From Octopus vulgaris (taxonomy: Eukaryota): a DNA stretch of 64,000 bases. The stretch spans positions 13,082,001 to 13,146,000 of the forward strand of contig OX597825.1 in NCBI GenBank assembly GCA_951406725.2, read 5' to 3'. Positions within the stretch are counted from its first letter, which is position 1, and every line of letters starts with the position of its first letter. Under the pieces are notes generated by a model. That model was not told the DNA's origin. It was given only the letters and a program-made list of their open reading frames with translations, and ran no database searches. Positions 1-12,915 of the stretch are shown one piece after another. Both the position numbers and the translations under genes were made by a program.

Positions 1-180
1 GATGTATATAGAAAACAACAAACATATAGTATGTGCGCAGACGAACAAATAATCTAAGTCAACGAGAAGTTATGAGCGCCACACATATATGTAATTCTGT
101 TGGTGTATACTAGCAGTCTCCGTGCAAATATCAAGGTCATGGTGAAAAGTGTAAGATAGTTCTGTTTTGCATCTGTTACT

Positions 181-340
181 TGTATCGGTCTTTTGGCAGC
201 GGCCATGCTTGGGGTCAGCTTTATATGGTTTACACAAGCAAATCGAACCCAGTATATATTCTAAAGTCTATCGGTGTCTTTCGCCAAGCTGCAAAGTTAC
301 GAGGGGCATAAGCAAATCAACATCGGTTGTCAAGCAGCTC
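181..340 (-). mobile_element. Degenerate 3' part of SINE family A
   Basis: Diverged match to the reverse complement of the family A 3' half (gcggccatgct...catcggttgtcaagc). Confidence 0.55.
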
Positions 341-411
341 TGTGAGAAATCATAAACACACATATATAGGTTCTCACACATACACATTTACACAAGCAAA
401 CACACGGCTGC

Positions 412-470
<59 letters not shown>

Positions 471-716
471 CCGAAATTGCTAAGATGATCCGGTTCCCGA
501 CTGAAGATTAGAGGCTTCGAATGTTTTTTTGTGTCGTCTCTTTGTGTGTTTTTCCGTTCTTGTCCCATTTTGTAATTTATATTTAATTTAGATATATATA
601 TATATATATATATAGTTAATCCAAACATGAAAACACAAAGAGAAAACACAACAACGCGAGGACGTGGAACAAATATAGTATTATTTGGACGCTCAGGAAA
701 GAAGGGAAGAAGGAGG

Positions 717-752
717 GCTTTACGTTTCGAGCGGAGCTCTTCGTCAGAAACA
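717..752 (-). ncRNA. Minimal type I hammerhead ribozyme-like motif, inverted copy
   Basis: Minus strand reads gttt-CUGACGA-a-gagc(ucc)gcuc-GAAACGUA-aagc. Confidence 0.6.
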
Positions 753-854
753 TAGGATAAGGTAAGATGGAGGAAAAAAATGTGACCGCGTGTGTACCGT
801 TGGCGATTTTTTTTTTCCTCCGTCTTCCCTTCTCTGGATCTTTCCTTTTCCTAT

Positions 855-889
855 GTTTCTGATGAAGAGCTCCGCTCGAAACGTAAAAC
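855..889 (+). ncRNA. Minimal type I hammerhead ribozyme-like motif
   Basis: gttt-CUGAUGA-a-gagc(ucc)gcuc-GAAACGUA-aaac. Stem I is guuu/aaac, stem II is gagc/gcuc, palindromic ACGU replaces stem III, and cleavage is predicted after 885. Confidence 0.7.
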
Positions 890-1077
890 CCTCCTTCTTC
901 CCTTCCTTCTAGAGCGTCCAAATAATACTATATTTGTTCCACGTCCTCGCGTTGTTGTGTTTTTTCTTTGTGTTTTCAAGTTTGGATTAACTTCATTCAA
1001 AATGTGACCGCGTGTGTACCGGCGGCGATTTTTTTTTCCTCTGTCTTCCCTCTTCTCTGGATCTTTCCTTTTCCTAT

Positions 1078-1112
1078 GTTTCTGACGAAGAGCTCTGCTC
1101 GAAACGTTAATC
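1078..1112 (+). ncRNA. Minimal type I hammerhead ribozyme-like motif, second tandem copy
   Basis: gttt-CUGACGA-a-gagc(ucu)gcuc-GAAACGUU-aauc, with one stem I mismatch. The core starts 223 nt after the previous one. Confidence 0.6.
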
Positions 1113-1460
1113 CCTCCTTCTTCTCATCCTTCCTGAGCGTCCAAAGAATACTATATTTGTTCCACGTCCTCGCGTTGTTGTGTTTTCTCTTTGTGTTTTC
1201 ATGTTTGGATTAACTATATATATATAACTCCCAGTTCCATGCGTGTTGAATGGCCGTTGTTTTTAAATAAAACGAAATGATGTAAGGAGAGCGAGATAAT
1301 TGAAGTCTGCTTTATGGTCAGCGTGGTTAATACAAAACTAGTTTCACGTTCAATGGAAATAAATTTGATTTAATCTAAATAAGTACAAACTACGATATTC
1401 AGTTGTATATTCCATATTTTGTGAGAAAATATGCATAGCTTTAAAATATATTTATCTTCG

Positions 1461-1600
1461 ATCTATGCACATCGATTCGTGATTCAAGATATACAATATT
1501 TTAAAATAATAGAAGAGAGAGAAGTCGTGCTTCTTCGTTCTTAGTCGAACACGCTTCAGTGACAGATTACAAGCGTGTTTGACTATGAAAGAAAAGCATG

Positions 1601-1636
<36 letters not shown>

Positions 1637-1676
1637 CTATTTTAAAATATTGTATATTACGAATCGATGTGGATAA
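1461..1676. repeat. Long imperfect inverted repeat (foldback or MITE-like)
   Basis: ~95-105 bp arms (catcgattcgt...atatacaatattttaaaata...agtcgaacacgctt versus aagcgtgtttgact...tattttaaaatattgtatat...acgaatcgatg) around a ~14-nt loop. Confidence 0.8.
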
Positions 1677-1970
1677 ATGGAGGACACTCTGCTAACTAGC
1701 TGTCTCATTTAATTACACACACACACGCACACGTGTACAAATGTACACACTCATGCATACACACGCAAACAGGCAGACACATTTAGACACATAAATCGGT
1801 GCGCGTGTGTCTGTGGTTTTATGCGATTTGGTGTACTGTACTATGGCCGTTTGTCAATTACACATTGATAATGTAAGTACTGAGGCAGAAATCATTACTA
1901 GAATCGATACGCTTGACTAAATACTCGAAGGTTGTGCCTCTTGTAAAACAGTAAATGAATAACAGGAGGA

Positions 1971-2015
<45 letters not shown>

Positions 2016-2087
2016 AATATAAGTATATAAATATATGTATATATATATATATATGTACGTATATATATATAGTTAGATATATGTATA

Positions 2088-2172
<85 letters not shown>

Positions 2173-2455
2173 ATATATATATGCATATATATGTATGTAT
2201 ATATGCATATAAGTAATATGTAGATATGTACGTATATATGTATATAATTATGTGTATCTATATCTATCTATCTATCCATACATACATACATACATGCATA
2301 CATACATATATACACACACATATATAAAACCATTATATTACGATATACGCCTTGTAGTATCCGGTTTGAAGCCCATTGGCAAGTATCGGCTGACATATGT
2401 CATCAACAGTTTGGAGGCATATGTACTACTGGATATTTCCTTTGTTTCTCTCCCC

Positions 2456-2494
<39 letters not shown>

Positions 2495-2621
2495 TACACA
2501 CACACTTACAAAAAAAAATTAAAAATAAAAATATATATATATTAGATAAACTAACTTTGAAATACATGTATGAATGCATGTATGTATATATATATATATA
2601 TATGTGTGTGTGTATATATAC

Positions 2622-2822
2622 ATATCATTCGCAATGACGGATCGCTAGCCACCACACATTCTTTATTTTCACTCCTTGTTTCTTTCTGTGTTCCTTTCTG
2701 TGGAAGAGCGTCGGCTCGAAACGTTTAAGACTTTTTCACTTCCCGAGCGTCATACTAATACATCTGTTTGTTGTCTACATCACTTGTCTTCGTCTTTTGT
2801 TTTTTTGTGAATTCTCCCCTTA
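2622..2822 (+). mobile_element. Short hammerhead-like element between microsatellites, related to 615-1214
   Basis: ttt-CTGTGGA-a-gagc(gtcg)gctc-GAAACGTT at ~2695-2731. The body is homologous to 29627-29813 and 52233-52423. Confidence 0.6.
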
Positions 2823-3879
2823 CATATATATATATATTCATATGTATGCTTCTTTTGGGGATGTATGATATATTGACGATATATGTGTGTGTGTGTGCGT
2901 GTGCGTGTGTGTGTGTTGTTAATCTTGTAACGAGGGATCTTCACGACAATCTCTAACGGTCAGTTTCTCTCTAACTGTACAGCGATTCGATGTGTAAAGT
3001 CAAAGTGAGACAGTGTTTATTAGAAAGAGAAATGTAAATGTGAAAAACAACGTTACTTAAATATACACAGCGACATGAAAACAAATTTAATAGTTAGTCT
3101 GAATGGGTTTGCCATTACATAAATATATGTGCGAATGTCAATGCCTTTGCCGTGTCAACTTCCGGCGTAGTGCCAACCAGCAGTGCAACACATTCTGCCG
3201 AACATGAAAAATGACGTTGTTTACAAAAGAAAAAGAAAATGGCTCGAATTCTTATTTCTCAAGGACGCCAAAATGCGAAATGATCCATAGTTGTTTGTCC
3301 TGTATTGGCTGAAAATTGTGTCAAAATAAAGGCACGTGATATGCAGGGACGAAGGCAATCTGGAGTTCATTTTCGCCAGCGTGTTTGAGAAGGAAATGCA
3401 AGCTTGTATTCATTGGATAAAACCAGTCATGTGATGTACAAGACTAAAGACATTGTTTGCACCACATTTATGAGTCAAAACTGAATATTTGAATTATCTC
3501 CTACACTGTAATTACTTCCAAGCTTCACAAATATCAATTTCCCTTCCTCCTTCAGCACTTTGCAGCTCCGCTATTCCCCCACGGCATCAGATTTGTGGCT
3601 TCATCATCATGTAAAATGTTCTTCTCGTTCTTCTTTTCTGTCTCCCTTCCTTTTCTCTTTTTCTTTCACAAACTCATCCTCTTCAGCTTCCTCCTGTTTC
3701 GCTTTCTTTATCTTCCACTTCTCCTCTTCTTCTGCTCCTCTTCCTTCCCGTCTCTTCTACTTCATAATTTTCTCATTATCGCCATCTTCCTCATCCGCCT
3801 CCCCTTCCTTTTAGCCTTTTCATCATTACCCTCTTCCTCCTTAAACTCGTAATTATCTTTCGTTTCTTGCTTCTACCGT

Positions 3880-4440
3880 TTGGAATATCCTGGTTGATGA
3901 TATACAGACGCATGGCGAGTGTGATACATCTACACAGATTCCTGTACGACGATAATGCTAAACAGAGGTGAATGCATCTCGTTCGGCTTGCATTTCTGCT
4001 TTCGTTTATTTAACTGAACTGCAATCCTCGATCAAGCGTGGATGAGGTGCAACATTGGCATTGGATATATTACCAGCGCTCACAAAACTTTACCAGTTGG
4101 ACCATGTTGAAACTCAAATTTTACATTCTCTGCAGTGATGAATGCCTGACAGTCTGTTATGTCGCACGTTCGGATGCCTCTACTCTTCTCTGGTCTACTA
4201 CTGACTTTCCTACACTCTACAACCATTGACGTCTAGGCTTCTTTCTCAATATCTACGTATTGGGCTAGCCTACTTCATCGTCTGGGGGCGTCCACACAAC
4301 ACAGTCATTCTTAGCGTCAACAAATACAGTCTGAAATATCTCTTCTGGACTTTCGAGTTGAGTATGATGAAGAATTTCCGAAATTTTTTCGCCTGAGCAG
4401 CGCCATGGTCGTCATCCTCATCAACGGAACTGCATCCTGA
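3880..4440 (+). pseudogene. Very decayed RTE-like LINE reverse transcriptase C-terminal fragment
   Basis: Remnant peptides KLKFY and STLLWSTTDFPTLYNH resemble the RTE motif KL..Y...V...LLYG.E.W.LY..H. Many frameshifts. Confidence 0.3.
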
Positions 4441-4469
4441 ATGGGATTTAATTCCGTTTGTAGGGATAT

Positions 4470-4606
4470 TTATTTACAGCTGAGTGAACTGGAGCCATGC
4501 AAGATCAAGGGTTTTGCTCAAGAACACAAGGTATCGCCCAGTCCTGGAAATCGAAACCAGCCAATCTTACAATCGTGAACGCAGCACCCTAACCATAAGG
4601 TCACAG
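4470..4606 (-). mobile_element. Degenerate tRNA/CORE-like SINE, family D 5' part
   Basis: Similar to 47230-47364 (cagctgagtgaactggag...ttgctcaagaacacaa...ccctaacca). Confidence 0.55.
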
Positions 4607-4894
4607 GCCTCTGTAACGCTATAGCGTGAGCATTGCGCATTCGAGATAAATGCTACTCGTATGACTGTTTGCAGAGGCCAACAGTCGAAACTGTCCAGAA
4701 TGCGTCAAACGGGACAAGACTGCTCGACACGTATTCGTTATTTGTCTTCAAACTGTTTGTTTGCGAGCGTTACGTCAAGCAAATTGTATAATATGAAGAA
4801 ACACGGCTCTAATTCTATTTTGAGGAGAGCCAATAGTACTGTTAATTATAGCAGAAACTATGTAAGTTGTGTGATATGTAATAATTGAAGGATA

Positions 4895-5310
4895 ATAAGG
4901 TGGCGAGCTGGCAGAAACGTTAGCACGCCGGGCGAAATGCTTAGCGGTATTTCGTCTGCCGCTACGTTCTGAGTTCAAATTCCGCCGAGGTCGACTTTGC
5001 CTTTCATCCTTTCGGGGTCGATTAAATAAGTACCAGTTACGCACTGGGGTCGATATAATCGACTTAATCCGTTTGTCTGTCCTTGTTTGTCCTCTCTGTG
5101 TTTAGCCCCTTGTGGGTAGTAAAGAAATATTTCGTCTGCCGCTACTTCTGAGTTCAAATTCCGCCGAGGTCGACTTTGGCTTTCATCCATTCGGGGTCGA
5201 TTAAATAAGTACCAGTTACGAACTGGGGTCGATATAATCGAATTAATCCGTTTTGTCTGTCCTTGTTTGTCCTCTCTGTGTTTAGCCCCTTGTGGGCAGT
5301 AAAGAAATAG
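4895..5310 (+). mobile_element. SINE family B dimer (one head plus two bodies) with 17-bp TSD
   Basis: tRNA-like head ggcgagctggcagaaacgttagc...gagttcaaattcc, body repeated twice. gtaataattgaaggata is duplicated at 4878-4894 and 5311-5327. Confidence 0.9.
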
Positions 5311-5490
5311 GTAATAATTGAAGGATATAACGGAGGATTTGGGAGATGAGACAGAGGAACAGGAAAGACTTTAAAATGAAAGGGTTTCCACCTGGTCATG
5401 CGGTTTGCTAAAAATCGGAACCAAATGTCTCTCAAATTCCATCTTACTACACTTTTATAAAATCACCCCAATGGCTAATATAATAAACGT

Positions 5491-5690
5491 TGAAGGCGGT
5501 GAGCTGGCACGCCGGTCAAAATGCTTATCTGTATTTCCTCCGTCATTACGATCCGTGTTCAAATTCTGTCGAAGCCCACATAGCCTTTAATCCGTTAAGG
5601 GTCGATAAAATAAGTACCAGCATCCGACTGGGGTCGTTGCAATTGACTTACTCCTCCCACGAAATTGCTGTCACGTTCAAACATTTGAAA
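5491..5690 (+). mobile_element. SINE family B, diverged monomer
   Basis: Head gaaggcggtgagctggca and central gcctttaatccgttaagggtcgataaaataagtaccag. Confidence 0.75.
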
Positions 5691-7406
5691 TAAATATAAT
5701 GCGCGTTGCATTCTGTCTAAATATAAGGCTAGATGGTCACGGATAAAACGTCTTTCATCATAATTCTGCTGGATCTGAGTTGACCTGGAGCTTAACAACA
5801 ACAAAAATACGCATAAGGATATTCACTCATACATATAGCTATAATTACACATAGCTTTCACCAACAACACTGTTATATCCCAATACACAGTTATAACCAC
5901 ATAAACCATTATCGTCATAAATATATCTAAAATGTTTCTGAGGAAGCTAAATATAATCGTGTTTGTCGATAAATGGAATCAAAGAAACCAGACTGCTTTA
6001 TGTATAGACAGATAAGTGTATGTGAGTTCGTCTGTGTGACTCTCTAACTGAACGTTTGAGTGAATGAATCTGTGTATTTCGTTCGCGTTGTGAGTGTGTG
6101 AGTGAGTGTGAAGAAAATGGCCTTTATCATATTACAAATCGAGAATTCAATAACACTGGCAGTTTTGACAGAACTGTTTGAGAATTTTGCTATCATTTCG
6201 AAATGAGGTCCAATCTCTCGCCGTTTGTTAAATGGTAATAACAAAGTTGGATGATAGATTTCAGATCTATGTCCGCTGGGTGCTGTCAGAAAAATACCTG
6301 CTTCTCACTTACGTCTGCAGCAGTGAATTGTTAATGCCAATGGGTCGAAAAACAAAAGATAAAGAGACAGAGATAGCCAGAGATCAAGAAAGAGACAAAA
6401 GTTTAAAGAGAAGAGAACATCAGGTAGGATATTAGCCAATGAAATCGAATGGTTTACCGCTGACATGATTGCAAGTAACATAACACGTAAATGGCCCGTG
6501 AAGATTGTTTTCGATGTCGGTTCTGTTTCAACAATTAACAAGTTGAAAAAGTTACTCGACAAGAAAAACATGAATTGTATTTGCTTATGCTTTGTTTGTT
6601 GTTTTGGTATTTTTGTTACTGTTTGTTTGTTTGTTTTACTATCGGTTCTTAGACAGAACCAGTTAATTACACAAATGGATTGACTATTTATGCATACCGC
6701 TTACACGTATGCATACCATCTTTCCAAGGTTATTGCATTTACGCAAACGTACACATACCTGCTGATACATTTACTTAGGCATACACACACACACAGATAC
6801 ACACACAAACACACACACACACACACATACACACGCAGATAATGAAGTTGTGTAGCATAGTCTCAGTTCATCTAAGCGAGATATTTAATCAGTGAGAGTG
6901 CACAACAGGTAATCGGTGCTATGAATTTACGTCTATGTGAATAAAACAAACGGGAAAAAGTTGTTTGCTCAAAATACACCAGGGGCAGAAAATATGTAAT
7001 ATATGCTGCAAGTAATCTGGCGTGACATCTAAATATTTTAGTGACCATTGATCCCGTCAACCGCTGTCCAACTAATAGATTTAGCTACACAATATATATA
7101 CAGACACTGGAACCAAAAACAGACAAGATTAGGTAGTGAAGTAGTGAATATCTACAGTGTTTTTTTTTTTACGTCTTATTTTTTTAGAGAAACGAGTTTT
7201 TATAAAGACAGACAAGAACACGGATATAGACCAGACATTCACAGGTGTGTATATATATATATAATGTCTTAGATTATGCCTGTTTCGTCTGTGCGAACAC
7301 GGGAGCTCGTAACAAGCAGCAGTCTGGAATTTTCAATTCTAAAATGAAATATATTTATTCGGGAAAGCGCTTGGTTGTATGCAAGGAGACATACGTACGT
7401 ATACAC

Positions 7407-7448
<42 letters not shown>

Positions 7449-7903
7449 GGACATACATATGCACGTGTATACATTTTTTTATTACCGGCGAAGGGCTACG
7501 TCTGCGCAGTAGATTTTGAAAAAATTAGGATGTATAAACAAGAGGCCCGTAGTTTGATCGATTCGTGTTTATATATTTAACCCAAGGTGTACCTGTTGAG
7601 GTCGATTTCACCTAGCGGGTAAATGTTATTTATTTGCTAAGCTAAAATCAGAAACCTACTGGTCCAGGAAACTACATGGTAAAATGTATTTATTTTTTCA
7701 TTTCGTTCCTATCTAGTTTTATCCCTAATTTTGTGGTTATAGAACAAGCTGTTCTTTTTAGGGTGTTGAATCCCACGAGTGGATTCCTCATGTGTTTAAA
7801 TGTACACTGAATTTTATGACTAATGCATAGCTTTTGGACTAAACTTTTATACGTTAGGCCACTGGAAATGAAAATTTTTATTATTTTCCGTTTCCCTTTG
7901 ATA

Positions 7904-7972
<69 letters not shown>

Positions 7973-8034
7973 ACATACATACATATATACATACACACGA
8001 GCACGCACACACACACAAACACACATATACATAC

Positions 8035-8190
8035 ATACGACAGTCTTCTTCCAGCTTGAGTCAACTAAATCCACTCACAAAGCTTTCGTCGCCCCGAGGC
8101 TATAGATGAAAACATTTAGCAAGGTGCCACACTGTAATATTGAACCTCAAACCACGAGGTTGAGAAGCAAACTTCCTACCACACAACCAT
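8035..8190 (-). mobile_element. Degenerate 5' half of SINE family A
   Basis: aaatccactcacaaagcttt...aaggtgccacac...taccacacaacca matches the minus-strand family A copies. Confidence 0.7.
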
Positions 8191-8695
8191 GAAATACAAG
8201 GATATCAAAAGGATAACTCCAAATGATATTTCTTAGCCGTGTCCACAAAGCTAACGCACTCTGATTATATTTGTACAAACGGGCATTGGAAATATGTGAC
8301 GAAATCACACGATAGATCAGTGACAGATATCTGATATTCTATATAAGTTTTCTTATAGATATAAATAGCAAGGGATTCTCATTCATGTTATTGACGTTAT
8401 AGGTAAATAAACATAGGTGCACCTGGATTTATGTAGGCTGCCAGGTCGATCGTGTAACACTTACGAGTAGCAGGTCGTACCGATAATACGTCATGTTTGT
8501 TAGTAGGGTTGCGTGTGTGTATATATGTGTGTGTATGAAAGTGTGTGAAAATGCATGTGTAGGTGTGTAGACGGTCAATAACCAACTTCGAAGCCATGCA
8601 GATGTATTTGTACACACAAACATTATGTGTCCGTGTGCTTGTGTGTGTGACACTATAAAAACATACACAGGCATGCACTCACTCACGTGCATATT

Positions 8696-8753
<58 letters not shown>

Positions 8754-8908
8754 TATCTACCTACCTATATATATAGATATACATACATATATATATATAT
8801 ATGTGCGTGTGTATATATGTATATAAATATATATATATGTATATCTATTTATATATATGTATGTATATACATATACATACATACATATATATATATATAC
8901 GTATTAAC

Positions 8909-9320
8909 TTGTCCGTAGCACTTTATGCCATGATAATCGAACATTGTTAAATGTAATCTATTTTAATTAAGCCAGCTGTGAAGGTTGACTCAGTTACGCC
9001 AAATCGATGTCGATATAAAAAACCAGGGTCATCAAGTACAGTTCGTGGCATGCTGTCATTTGTTGATGAAACTCAATAGCAATTGAAATTAGAATGATTC
9101 AGGCATTGCATAACCGTGTTTTTTTTAATTGTGCCACCATAGACAGAACTTGAGTATTCGAGTAGGAACTTACAAAATTTGAGAATGATTGGATTTGCCA
9201 ACAAAAACCTTAAGATTATGATGGAACAGTAGTCATCTACAGTCACTATAAAATGGTAGATATAATGAATGACTCAACATAATGATCGATGCTGCTTTAC
9301 TTTATGAAATTACTCGATAT
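8909..9320. repeat. ~410-bp diverged direct repeat, copy 1
   Basis: Collinear with 10830-11243 (ttgtccgta...aatcgaacattg...cagggtcatcaag...gctttactttatgaaat). Confidence 0.8.
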
Positions 9321-9492
9321 ATAAGTATATATATACATGTGAATACACACACACACACAAACAGACACACATGGCAGAAGTAAATAGATATACCATAAAA
9401 TATCGTTTTGTTTATTTTAACTTGAAAAGGTATATATTTTTTATTGATGGTTTTTTTTTAATGTTTTAGGTTCTATATGTGAACGTTTAATC

Positions 9493-10125
9493 ATGCCATG
9501 TACAAAAGAAGACTTGGAACTGTTCGAATTTCAAAGAAGTCGTATTGTGAATCAATCTGAAGGTGAACTAAGTCAGCGTAAAATCGCAGCAAACCTTGTG
9601 ATCCCTCTTTCTACTGTTAATAGAGAGTGATCGTGCAATTCACCAAGGAGATGAAGGAGTCATCATCACCTCGTTCAGGTCGATCAGGGCCCTCTGGCAG
9701 GACCCTTCGCTTTGTTAAGAGAAGTGTAGAGGATAATCCTCGTTGCAAGGCCTCTGATACAGCAGAACAAGTTGATGTCAGTCCCAAAACAGCTGTCAGG
9801 TATCTCCACAAATTTGGTTACTATGACAGAGCAGCAAGAAAGAAGCCACTTCTTCGACCATCCAGTATCAAGCGTAGAAACGATTGGGCCAGTGAGATGG
9901 TGGAGACACCACTAACATTTTAGACCATATTCTCTGATGAGTCCAGATGTCCTGTAATTTGTGACAGTGGTCGAGTGTTGACCTGGAGACTCTGTGATCA
10001 GGAATTTGATGTGAAAAGAGTGCAGCCAACAATGAAACACAGCGGCTATTCTGTGATGGTCTGGAGAGCAATTTGGAGCAATGGTCTATCAGAGCTGGTG
10101 GTGTATGAGGGAAATACAAACTCAG
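9493..10125 (+). pseudogene. Tc1-family transposase pseudogene, N-terminal two thirds
   Basis: ATG at 9493. Paired-like HTH ([18 protein letters not shown]), RSGRS, ARKKPLL, IFSDESR and KHSGYSVMVW. Frameshift at ~9624 and stop at ~9921. Confidence 0.9.
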
Positions 10126-10565
10126 ATATGCTGGAATCCCTATGTCTGGCAACAGCAACCTGTACCATGCCACACAAGCAGGAGAACCCAGTCATGGCTG
10201 TCAGATAATTTCTGCGACCACATCACCCCTAACATCTGGCCATCTAACTCCACCCCCTACCAGATTGCAACTCCTTTTATTTTTATATTGGGGCACAGTT
10301 GAGCAAGAGACCAACAAAACTCCTTGTGACATCTAAGATGAACTAAAGGCAAAGATTATAACAGTATTCAGTAACTGAAACAAGAAAACGTCTGAAGAGT
10401 TGCAGGAGGTTCCGATGTCGTCTGGAGGCCATGGTTGGAGCCGATGGCAATTTTATTGAAACAAGTAACTGTTAACTATTTCAAGATATGTTTATGTAAC
10501 TTTGATAAATATATGTTAAAGTGAGATGTCTGTGTTATTTTCACTTTTGCGTAATTTGGGCTATA
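10126..10565 (+). pseudogene. C-terminal fragment of a different Tc1/mariner-superfamily transposase (maT/DD37D-like)
   Basis: PYVWQQ..PCHTSRRTQSWLSDNF...IWPSNS, VEQETNKTP..DELKAKI and CRRFRCRLEAMVGADGNFIE, all decayed. Confidence 0.75.
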
Positions 10566-10572
10566 GTTCATA

Positions 10573-10704
<132 letters not shown>

Positions 10705-10829
10705 TACATATGTACGTATGTATGTATGTATATATATGTGTATATATATATATATACATACATACATACATACATACATACATACATACATACATGTGTA
10801 TATATGTGTGTGTGTATGTGTATACCGTC

Positions 10830-11243
10830 TTGTCCGTATCATTTTATGGCATGAAAATCGAACATTGCTAAATGTCAGTAATTTATTAATCAAAGCAGCT
10901 GTCAAAGTTGATTCACTTATGCAAATCGATATCGATATAAAAAAAAAGACAGGGTCATCAAGGACAGTTCGAGACGGGTTGTCAATTGTTGGTGGAACTC
11001 AATACAAATTCAAGTTAGAAAATGATACACTCATTGGATAACCGTCGTTTTTTTTATTTTGTATTACGTCAGACAGAATTTGAGGAATCCGGTAGAAAGG
11101 TTCAAAACATGAGAATGCTTGCATTTTCCAAAAACCTTAACATAATGGAACAGTTGTCATCTACAGTCAGTCTAATATGGTAGATAAAATGAATGACTCC
11201 TAATAATGAATGACACCGCTTTACTTTATGAAATCACTCGATA
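10830..11243. repeat. ~410-bp diverged direct repeat, copy 2
   Basis: Collinear with 8909-9320. Confidence 0.8.
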
Positions 11244-11261
11244 TATATATATATATGTATG

Positions 11262-11300
<39 letters not shown>

Positions 11301-11507
11301 ACACACACACAAACACACACACTCAAATGCGCACACATGCACGCACACACTAGCATGCGCACATGCACATACACACACGCGCACACATGCACGCAAACAC
11401 ACGCACACACACACGCAAACACACACACAACACACACACACACACACACTTACATGTGTGTATGTCGTTCTGGCCCCACCTCATCACGCCATCAACATTT
11501 TACAACT

Positions 11508-11680
11508 TGTGTTTGTTTCCTTACGTCCTCGTAACTTAGCTGTTCGACAACAGAAACCGATAGCATAAGGACCATAACTTACCAAAACATAACTACAGGC
11601 CTCACCTTGTTCGACCAAGCATTTCAAGCGCTAACACATCATGGCGGCAATCCGAATACCGAAACGATACAAAAATGAAA
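11508..11680 (+). mobile_element. Degenerate 3' half of SINE family A
   Basis: ttacgtcctcgtaacttagctgttcgacaacagaaaccgatagcataag. Confidence 0.55.
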
Positions 11681-11959
11681 GCTAGTAATACCGTCCCTAG
11701 TTATCTCCCTGTCGAAAACAACATAAAGCCAATACCTCTCACTCTAACCCACACGCATTGCCTTTCGTCTCCTCCCTCTCACTCACTATTTCCACTGTGA
11801 GATGCACTGGGCGACCTCACAAACAACTCGTGCTTCTCTTCATATTCATTTCCGTTGTCTAATAAGATTTGTGCTACCTGTTGTCTTCCTACATCACATC
11901 GCATTAGCGACATAGCAAATGAACACCGACTCATGATTATAATAATAATGATTATCGAT

Positions 11960-12489
<530 letters not shown>

Positions 12490-12490
<1 letters not shown>

Positions 12491-12661
12491 GCATAGGAGT
12501 GGCTGTGTGGTAGGTGGCTTGCACACTAACCACATGGTTCCGGGTTCAGTCCCCTTGCGTGGAACCTTGGGCAAGTGTCTTCTAAGATATCCTCGGACTG
12601 ACCGAAGTCTTGTGCGTGAATTTTGGTGGGTGGAAACTGAAAGAAGTCTGTTTTATATATC

Positions 12662-12693
<32 letters not shown>

Positions 12694-12915
12694 TGTATGT
12701 ATGTGTGTGTGTGAGTCTTTGTGTGTATGTTTATCATCCACCACCGCATAACAATTGTTGTGGCTGTGCTTAGGGTCGTTAACCGAGCGTTATGCAAAAG
12801 AAATCTAGAAAATAAGCAATAGGCTTTAGAGAATATGTACTGGGGTTTATTTGTTCGACTAAGATTCCCCGGATGCCCTGGAGTAGCTAATGATTGAAGC
12901 AAGCAAAAGATAAAA
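12490..12915 (+). mobile_element. SINE family A, full length, diverged
   Basis: A-box-like tggctgtgtgg, B-box-like ggttcagtcc, CORE-like ccttgggcaagtg, central (TG)n and decayed tail. Confidence 0.85.

Larger units (their letters stand above)
615..1214. mobile_element. Hammerhead-bearing non-autonomous element (Penelope pLTR or retrozyme-like) inside (TA)n: one inverted unit plus two tandem ~223-bp units
   Basis: 615-780 is the reverse complement of 810-991 and 1030-1214. 776-998 and 999-1214 are direct repeats. (TA)n lies on both sides. Each unit carries CTGA(T/C)GA-a-GAGC-nnn-GCTC-GAAACGT. Confidence 0.75.

Noticed and set aside
468-591. Short insert in (TA)n containing cgaaa and ctgaaga
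   Set aside because: Core-like words are present but cannot be folded into a hammerhead. At most a truncated fragment.
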